Assembly (NCBI GenBank): GCA_000004985.1
Contig: GG738866.1
Length of the DNA stretch: 64,000 nucleotides
Reading direction: 5' to 3' (one strand)
Source: Naegleria gruberi
Taxonomy: Eukaryota
Shown here: positions 56,578 to 64,000 of the stretch, in pieces
Position numbering within the stretch: the stretch's first letter is position 1
How the letters are laid out: the number at the start of each line of letters is the position of its first letter
Position numbers and translations under genes: made by a program
Notes under the pieces: generated by a model
Seen by the model: only the letters and a program-made list of their open reading frames with translations
Told to the model about the DNA's origin: nothing
Database searches by the model: none

Positions 56578-57372
56578 ATGGCCAGAAATCAAGAAAAGGC
56601 CCAATCCATGCTGAATCGTTGGACCAATTTTAGGATTGGTAACGAATTCACAGAGAAGAAAAGGCCTCCTCATCCATCATTTTCTAAAACTTTAAACGCT
56701 AGTGAACATTGGCGAAGAAATGTGTTGAAGGAAATTGCTGAAAAGGTGACGATCATACAAAATGCTTCTCTAGGTGAACATCGTATCCGAGATTTAAACG
56801 ATGAAATTAATAGATTAATACAAGAAAAAGCCGATTGGGAAAAAAGAATTATTGAATTAGGAGGAATTGATTATAGTAAACAAGATATTAAATTATATGA
56901 TGATAATGGACAAATAATAGAAATTGGTGAAGGATATAAATATTTTGGAGCGGCGCGAGAACTACCTGGTATAAAAGAATTATTATTTGAAAAACAAAAA
57001 TCATCAGAAAAACAACAGAAAAACAAATTTAATGAACTTTACAAAGGAATTGATTCTTTTTATTATGGATACAATGAAGATGAGGATGAACCTGATTTGC
57101 TTGCTGCAGAAGAAAAAGCAGAAGAGGAGCTTAGAAAGGAGTTTTATCAACGTTATTTAAAAGCTGTGGAAATTAAAAAGAAAAAGATGGGAGGTGGTGG
57201 AATTCAAAATGTCACAAGACAAACTATGGAAGCAAAATCATTTGGAGTGTTAAATGAAGAAGAAAAGAAAACCTTTGTATATAATGTACAACTACCAACA
57301 CAGGATGTTATTGAACAAGCACTGTTAGAAAAGAAGAAGCAAGATTTATTGAAAGAACTAGGAGAATTTTAA
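56578..57372 (+). CDS. ISY1: Pre-mRNA splicing factor ISY1
   Basis: MARNQEKAQSMLNRW..., HWRRNVLKEIAEKVTIIQNASLGEHRIRDLNDEINRLIQEKADWEKRIIELGG. Near-identical to conserved ISY1 blocks. Confidence 0.85.
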   Translation: MARNQEKAQSMLNRWTNFRIGNEFTEKKRPPHPSFSKTLNASEHWRRNVLKEIAEKVTIIQNASLGEHRIRDLNDEINRLIQEKADWEKRIIELGGIDYSKQDIKLYDDNGQIIEIGEGYKYFGAARELPGIKELLFEKQKSSEKQQKNKFNELYKGIDSFYYGYNEDEDEPDLLAAEEKAEEELRKEFYQRYLKAVEIKKKKMGGGGIQNVTRQTMEAKSFGVLNEEEKKTFVYNVQLPTQDVIEQALLEKKKQDLLKELGEF

Positions 57373-57376
57373 TTTA

Positions 57377-60300
57377 TTAAAAAGCTAAACTTGTGTTAGA
57401 ATTATTACTACTAGTATTACTTGCTGCAATACCATCTTGTGGTTCTGAATAGTTTGGTAAAATCGGTACTGCATGGGATTGTCTGATCATTTCCTCATTA
57501 AGACGTTGTAGAGCTGATGTATTAACATGCTCTGGGAATGAGAATGAATCCAAAACAGATGATCCCAATAAATGATTACTTGGACTTGCCAATGAAGAAT
57601 CTGTTTGATTCATAGAACCTATTGCTGGAGGTGTTCCAGTCGATGTGGAATGGAAGCTCATACTTCTTTGGTAGGGAGGTGATCTTCCAGCTGCTCTCAA
57701 ATCTCTCATACTATGAGAGGATGAAAGTGGTGGAGTTCTGCCAACAGAAATACCAAGATCAGTTTGTTCTGTCAAACATTCACTAGAATCATCAATATCA
57801 GAAAGGCACTTGTTTTCCATTGATTCTCTAAAGTGCATAGGGAATGCTTCCTCTCTTGGCTTGAATTTTGAGGTATCAGTCATATCTTTAACTCCAGGTA
57901 ACACACCTACAGGTTCTTTCAATACTTTATCCCAATCCACTCCACTCATAAATGGGTGTTCCTTTGCTGTTACTTCATTTAGACGAGTTTCTGGATTTGG
58001 ATCTAAGAGTCTATCTACAAAATTCAACACTCCACTAGCTACAATCTCTGGAGGTAAGAGTCTTTCATCAACCCAATTAATTCTTCTTGATAGAATATTA
58101 TCAAAAATATATTCAGGAGTATCATCATTAAATGGTGGACAACCAAACAATAGCTCAAATACAATACATCCCAAACTCCAATAATCGACAGCTTCTGTAT
58201 GTGGCATACCCAATAAAAGTTCAGGAGCCAAATAGTCAGGAGTACCTCTAACTTGAATTTCAGATTCTTCTATTTCATCTTGTCTTGCAAGAGCATCCAT
58301 TGATTGTTTGCTCAATGTTTGTTCATCTTCTCTGTCAAGAACACCAATTTCACTCAAACCAAAGTCTGTTAATTTCAAGTGACCACACTTATCAATAAGC
58401 ATGTTATCTGGTTTCAAATCTCTGTGTACAATCTTATTGTGATGTAAATCAGATAAAGCTAAAATACTTTCGGCGGCAATATGTCTAACTACATCTATAT
58501 CAAATGCTTCTCCATTTTCTAACTTTTCTGCTAACAAACAATCTAAACTACCACCTGGACAATATTCCATAACAATATAGAGATATCTTTTACCAGCAAA
58601 GGAGTAGTAAAAATTAACAATAAATGGAGATTGCTCATTATTTTCCATTAGTACTTTCATGATAGTTCTTTCAGCCAATAGATCTGGCTCATTTGTGAGA
58701 GTTTTACCAACGTTCTTGTGATTATAGAGATATTGTTTCTTGATTACCTTAATAGCATAAATGTCTTTAGTTGACTTCTTTCTTGCCAAGTAAACCCTAC
58801 CATAAGCACCTCTTGAAATTGGTTTAATGATCTCAAAATCAGAAATCTTAATTTTTGGCATTTTCTTAATATTTTGCTTCTCTTCATGAAGTAATGCAGT
58901 ACATTTTCCTTCAATAACATCCATTAATCTTTTGGCGTATACAGAAACTCTATAGTTATTACCAGAGAAATTATCATCCTTATGTTCCTCTATTACTGTG
59001 GAAAGTACTCCAATAACTTCTTGCAATTGACTTCTATCGTTACTCTTCTCTGCCTTCTTGGCTAATTTGAAAAGTTTGTAGAGTGAACTTGATTTTTTCT
59101 TCTTGATTGATTTTTCAATACCTCTACGAATGTTTTTCAATTTTTCAAAGGCACTAACATTTTGCATTTCAATCTTGTGTTTAACAGCACAAGTAGCACT
59201 GTGTTCTGCTAATTTAGTACTTGGTACCAATTCCTCACAAATTCTACATAAAATTTCAATAACAGTTTCTTCCTTCTTTGGCTTTGGTTGTTTCTTCAAC
59301 TCTGTTGGTGTATTATTTGTAGACTTGGATTTAGTACCAGTGGTATTGACTGACAAAAGGTTAGGATCCTCCTTCTTGGAAAATAGTGTTTTGAACTTGG
59401 AAAAGAAAGAATCTGAGAATTTTTTCTTTTCTGAGGTTGGTGTTACAGGAGTGTGAGGAATATCTTTGTTTGGTGTGGTTGCGTGTGCAGTAGCTGAAGA
59501 AGTTGATCTAGGAGAGCTTGCAGGTGAGTCATAATCACTAGATTCCCCAGTATGTTCAGGTTTAGATGAAGAACTAACACTCGATCTTCTTGGAGAAACG
59601 CTCGTTGAACTGGTATCCTCATCGTCTGTTGAAGGTTTAAGGAAGGGTAATTTTGGATTAGGTTTTAAATTATCTTGTGATTCTGAACTGTCATAGTCAA
59701 ATCTATCTCTAGATGATTCTGGTTCAACAACAGCCATTGACCTGAATCTTTGTCTTTGCCTAACTTCTTCCTTCTCTTTTTCTCTTATTTCTTCTTCAGC
59801 TAAATGCTTCTTATACAATTCCAAAACTCTGTTAACTCTACTATAAATAAATATGAGCTTTTTGGCTTGTTTCATAATTTCGAATTGTCTTCCAAGAGCC
59901 TGTACATCTATATTTGAGCCAGCAGTTGCAATTAAAGAACCAGGTGTTGTTGGGGTAGTTGAGAGCACATGCATTGAGGGAGAGTTACTCTGATGAGTCA
60001 AATTGGTATAGTTACCGACACAAGTTTGTAAAATGGTTTGTAATTCTCTCATAAAATCTGTTTTACAAAGATCATCAACTGTTTTAGAGCCTAAAATCTC
60101 CCTTGCTATGGCCTCAACTTGTTGTAACTCTGGACATGAAAATTCAACTTCCTTTAATTCCCATAAAAATGTTTTCAAATCTCTATTCATCTTATGTTGG
60201 ATTACATTAGCTCGTTCTTTCAAAACATTTCCAACTTTGTCAAATGATGAATTCAAATCTACACTCAAAGCTCTGTCTCTCGTATTTGCTATAAATAATC

Positions 60301-61634
60301 TCGGTGAATTTCTATCATTAATTGAAAAAGATGCACTTGCTGCAGCAAACACTGATGCTTGCTTTAGAAGTGGTGATTTTTTCGCTAATTGTGGACTTTC
60401 CTCATCCAATTCATTGAGATCATCACCAAAACAGTCATCCTTTCTCATATCCCATTTTGGATCCACATTATGTCTCACAAATGATGAAGCAAGAAGTCTA
60501 TTTGAATGAAAAACACTTTGTGCTCTCTTCAGTGGAGGTGGTTGAAAACCAGCATGAACACTTTGTCCTCTATTTCTATTATATCCACCACTATAAGAAC
60601 TGTTATTTTGTGTAGCACTAATCGGTGAGAAATTTCCAGTGTATGATGAACTGATCTGTGGTTGAAATACTCCAGAGTAATTACTACTTCCAGAACTTCC
60701 AGAACTGTTTCCTTCATTATTGTGAGTCATACTTAAATGTGATATTGTAATAGCACTTGTTGATTGATATGGATTCACTGGTGTTGTTGGTGTGGGTGAT
60801 TGATTTTGTGACATCTTTGGTAATTGAACCAAAGGAAAGTTGTATCCAAGTAAATTATTTAAAGAAGTGCTGTGTCCTCTATTTCTCGAAGGTAAACTTT
60901 TAATACTATTCAATCAATTAGTGTTAAACAAATTAATTAAATACATACGCGAAATCAGAATAATTATGATATAATACAGTTGGTGATATTGGTGGTGATT
61001 GTTGTGGTGGTACTGCTCGTTTAGCTACTTGTGACTTATTTTGTGGAGTGGCATCATTGGTGGTCGTGTTTTGTTGTTGTGTTTGTGGTTGAGTATGGGT
61101 AGTATCAATTTGGGGAAGTGATTTCGCCTTCTTATCTAAAGGCTTTTGTTGATTATTTTCGTTTTTAGGTGATTTTGGTGTTTCTTGTTGCTGCTGACTT
61201 GTTGTGTTGTTGTTATTATTATTATTATTATTAACATTGTTTGATGGTAAGAGTTGTATATGTGTTGGAGACATTTCACATTCCTCCGATATACTTGATA
61301 AGAGTCCTGATTCATCAATGGAATTTAATGATGAGAAGAAGGAAACTCTCTTTGATGAAGATCTCCACAAACGAGTGTTGTTATTATTATTGGTTGAAGT
61401 TGTTGTTTCTGGTTGAAGATTGGATGATGACATTGATGAAGAAGGAGAGGATATCCTATTATTATTTGGGGTAGTAGTAGTCATGGAAGAAGAGGAGGAA
61501 CAAGCCTGCTGTTGTTGTTGTTGTTGTCTATTATTCTCTTCTCGGGTGGTGGTAGTGGTGTTTGCAGAATTTGATGAAGTAGTAGAAGAAGGAGAGGAGG
61601 CTTGTTGTTGGTATGAAGGAGGTTGCTGTTGCAT
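57377..61634 (-). CDS. Large AGC-family Ser/Thr kinase (Rim15/Greatwall/MAST-like) with Q/N-rich N-terminal exon; exons 60949..61634 and 57377..60905
   Basis: Kinase core FEIIKPISRGAYGRVYLARKK..HRDLKPDNMLI..DFGLSEIG..(~35-aa insert)..GTPDYLAPE, and an AGC C-terminal extension. A C2HC-like CRICEELVP..AEHSATC sits upstream. The 5' exon MQQQPPSYQQQ.. joins via TTCGC|GTATGT..GAATAG|TATT (43 nt). Confidence 0.7.
61204..61262. repeat. Coding trinucleotide microsatellite (ATT/AAT)n encoding poly-Asn in the kinase 5' exon
   Basis: gttgttattattattattattattaacattg on the plus strand, which is NNNNNNNNNNN on the minus strand. Confidence 0.6.
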
Positions 61635-62298
61635 TTTTCAAAAGATGAAGATGAGAAAAATCAACGTTAAGCACCGATTTTGTCATGGTAATAAATAAAA
61701 ATAGAAAAGCGACCTTGAAGATGGAAGGAGTAGACTTTGCAAATGTTGCACTGTTTTCAATTATTGAGGCCACGTAATGTTCAGCTGGTACCTGCAAAAG
61801 TTATGAGGAGAGTGCTGCAATACAATGGAATAGGAGAGTGAGCATAAAATCATGATGGACTCTCCGTAAGTTCTAATTATTCATCATCTCCATGTGAACT
61901 CAGTGTGCTGTTGAAAAATCATGAAATTAGAAATCACAATAGCGTTTTAAAGGCACACTGTATTGAAACACTTTATACTAGTTCAATATATTGAGAATTT
62001 GATGTGAGATAGAGCCTCTACATTACCGGAGTCTTCAAATACTGAGAGGACAGTAATGATCATCCAGTTACCAGAGATGATGACCTTCAAACAACCATAA
62101 ACACAAATTCACAATAAGGTTAACATTGAATTAAATCCAAACCTGCCTTATACAATAGATTCTCAAAAACTTCCATTGTAATCACAAGGTCGACAAGGAT
62201 TTGGAGTTGTCAGGAAAATTTCATCCATCAACTTGCTAAGGAAAAATCAAGCAGCAATGGAATAAAAAAGTCTTTTGCATTTTCGAACAATAAAAAAA

Positions 62299-63256
62299 AT
62301 GTCTAATTCTCCAAAGCCTTCTTCATCAACTCCTCCAGGCTATGATCAGCAAGCAGCTTCTACCACATCAGCTTCATTAGTCAAAGTGGAATACAACAAT
62401 GAACATAAATATGCACTCATTACATTACAACATAAACCTGTAAATTCATTCACTTTGGAAATGATGAATGCAATGATTAGTGCTATTGATGAGGTGGAGA
62501 AGAATTCTCAAATGAATGCCATTGTATTTACTTCAGGAATTTCTAATATATTCTCTGCAGGGTTGGATTTAAAAACTTTTAGAACTGATTCAAAGGATAA
62601 AATTGCCAACTATTGGTTTAAATTACAAGAATTCTTTCTCAAGATTTATGGTTGTACATTATTCACTTGTGCTGTAATTAATGGTCAATGTTTTGCAGGT
62701 GGTTGCTTGTTTGCATTGTGTTGTGATTATAGAATTATTCATACTAATTATTTAATTGGATTGAATGAAGCGTAAGTTGTCAATTTTTAATAATTCAATT
62801 GATTTAAGATTCAATTAGTCAATTTGGTAAGTTGTTAAAATTTTTATAAATTTACATATCTTTATAGGTCTTGTTGCTCCTTGGTGGTTTGCTCAAGCTT
62901 ATGAGAATGTCATTGGAAAGAGACAATGTGAAATGCATATTCAATTAGGTACCTTACATAAAGCATCGAGTGCTCTTTCCATTGGACTCGTCGATGAAGT
63001 TCATGATAAATTTGAAACAATGAAAGAGTCAGCCCTTATTCATGTGAAGAAATGGAATAAGGTCAACCAATTTGCAAAGAGAGAATCAAAAAAGATTTTA
63101 AGAAGAGACTTATATGAAAAATTGAATTCCACTCGTGAGCAAGATGTTCAACTATCTGCCTCTTTAATTAGTTCTCCAAGAGTTCAAAAACTTCTTGCTG
63201 AATATTTACAAAGTTTACAAAAGAATTCAAGCTCTAATAGACCTTCAAAATTATAA
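62299..63256 (+). CDS. Peroxisomal enoyl-CoA delta-isomerase / crotonase-fold enzyme with C-terminal PTS1 (-SKL); exons 62299..62771, 62819..62826 (8-nt micro-exon), 62868..63256
   Basis: ..IVFTSGISNIFSAGLDLKTF..FAGGCLFALCCDYRII.. then IGLNEA|QF|GLVAPWWF..IGKRQCEMHIQLGT.. The crotonase GLxExxxGL(x)P motif is only obtained via the micro-exon TCAATTTG, between CAATTAG| and |GTAAGTTG. The C-terminus is ..NRPSKL*. Confidence 0.7.
62819..62826 (+). other. 8-nt micro-exon (TCAATTTG) in the enoyl-CoA isomerase gene
   Basis: Two consecutive GTAAGTTGT donors are 55 nt apart. Exon 1 ends in phase 2 (GAAGC|gtaagt). Only AATTAG|TCAATTTG|GTAAGT + TTTATAG|GTCTTG gives an open, motif-preserving frame. Confidence 0.55.
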
Positions 63257-64000
63257 ATTTAAATCCCAACATCTCAGTGCCTCCTCATCACTTCCACAAT
63301 AAAGATATTTATCCTTACTAACACAAAGTGAAAATACTTGCATTGAAAGTCTTTCAATTGTTCTTAATAATTTGACACTCTTATTTGATGCATCGAGAGA
63401 ATATTGACAAATAGTTCCATCTATTGATCCACTGTAAACATGTGATCCAATAACTTGGCAAGATGTAACCTTATCAGAGTGTTCACTTAATGAAATAATT
63501 GGTTCACTATTTTCTACTGAAAATATTTTTACATGATTCGAATTATCTCCACTCACTAAAATATCATTTTCCACACTCAAGCAAGTAATATCTGAATAGT
63601 GACTATTATATCTTTTCTCAATTGTGTATGAATGATCATCATTCAATGAAAGTGCTTGTAATGAACCATTTGTAGATCCAACAAATATTACAGATTTATC
63701 CTTAATTTTTCCAACATGACAACAAAATGGTGTGCCAAAATTGGTTGAAATTGAATTAATTTTACAATGTTCCGTACTATCCATTATATGAGATCCAAAT
63801 GAACTGGTATTTCCTCCAAAAGATGATCCACTCATAATATCAAAACTATAACTAGATACATTACTATGGTTATTGGTAGATGAATCATCAGAACCAAGTT
63901 TCCTAATATCCCAAACATTTAATTTAGAATCTTGACCAACACTGTAAATTAAATAATCATTTGAAAAATCATTTAAATCACTCCAACATGTTAAATCATT
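63251..64000 (-). CDS. WD40-repeat protein, 3' portion (gene continues beyond window end)
   Basis: The minus ORF 63251..63835 plus the open frame to 64000 contain WD-like units (..LVSGDNSNHVKIFSV.., ..YSGSIDGTICQYSL.., ..YCGSDEEALRCWDL). Confidence 0.55.
   Translation of the reverse strand, partial: NDLTCWSDLNDFSNDYLIYSVGQDSKLNVWDIRKLGSDDSSTNNHSNVSSYSFDIMSGSSFGGNTSSFGSHIMDSTEHCKINSISTNFGTPFCCHVGKIKDKSVIFVGSTNGSLQALSLNDDHSYTIEKRYNSHYSDITCLSVENDILVSGDNSNHVKIFSVENSEPIISLSEHSDKVTSCQVIGSHVYSGSIDGTICQYSLDASNKSVKLLRTIERLSMQVFSLCVSKDKYLYCGSDEEALRCWDLNL

Noticed and set aside
61136-61797. Several 60-92 aa ORFs on both strands inside the kinase Q/N-rich exon
   Set aside because: Produced by trinucleotide repeats (poly-L, poly-V, poly-E frames). 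The minus-strand frame is supported by downstream splicing into the kinase body.
1-64000. Searched for CRISPR arrays, transposon terminal repeats, rRNA and additional tRNAs
   Set aside because: Apart from coding microsatellites there are no direct-repeat/spacer arrays, no long inverted or direct terminal repeats, and no transposase/integrase-like ORFs. Only one tRNA-like cloverleaf (10483..10555) was found by eye, and a covariance-model scan is needed to be sure. The apparently prokaryotic-type NMT1 domain is part of a spliced eukaryotic gene.

Overview
AT-rich, very gene-dense nuclear DNA from a eukaryote, with about 38 protein-coding genes and one tRNA in 64 kb. The code is standard: ORFs end where homologues end, for example the 14-3-3 C-terminus.

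Introns are short, mostly 38-100 nt. Donors are usually GTAAGT/GTATGT and acceptors AG, often ..ATAG or ..TTAG. Intergenic spacers are often under 300 bp. Several convergent gene pairs have abutting or overlapping stop codons.

Many proteins carry N/Q/S-rich low-complexity tracts, the kind seen in dictyostelid-like protists. However, two cilium-associated genes are present, KAP3/KIFAP3 and KATNIP. That argues for a flagellated or ciliated organism, so lineage cannot be assigned from sequence alone.

Homologues recognisable by motif are:
- amino-acid transporter
- DGAT1 (MBOAT)
- a single-pass class III adenylyl cyclase with an NMT1/SsuA-like solute-binding ectodomain
- RRM/RGG protein
- F-box/LRR protein
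- tRNA-Phe(GAA)
- mitochondrial-clan cytochrome P450
- a head-to-head pair of trypsin-fold paralogs
- lipin
- PP2C
- a DUF4116-repeat protein
- RING-H2 E3
- Sel1-repeat protein
- 14-3-3
- Aurora kinase
- RNase Z
- Mpv17/PMP22
- carnosine N-methyltransferase-like (N2227)
- snurportin-1
- KAP3
- KATNIP
- GID8/TWA1
- UTP13/TBL3
- eIF4E
- a CaCA cation/H+ exchanger
- ISY1
- a large AGC kinase
- a peroxisomal (-SKL) enoyl-CoA isomerase
- a partial WD40 gene at the 3' edge

The most unusual observations are these:
- Three conserved catalytic motifs (P450 heme loop, eIF4E, crotonase fold) can only be reconstructed through 8-11 nt micro-exons.
- One protein begins with the exact histone H3 N-terminal decapeptide MARTKQTARK fused to an unrelated body.
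- The receptor-type cyclase is an unusual domain fusion.
- The protease-fold paralog pair overlaps head-to-head; one copy is frameshifted and the other has Gly at the nucleophile position.

No CRISPR arrays, transposons or rRNA genes were seen. All exon and intron coordinates were derived by hand from the six-frame track and by-eye translation, and should be treated as approximate (a few nt).
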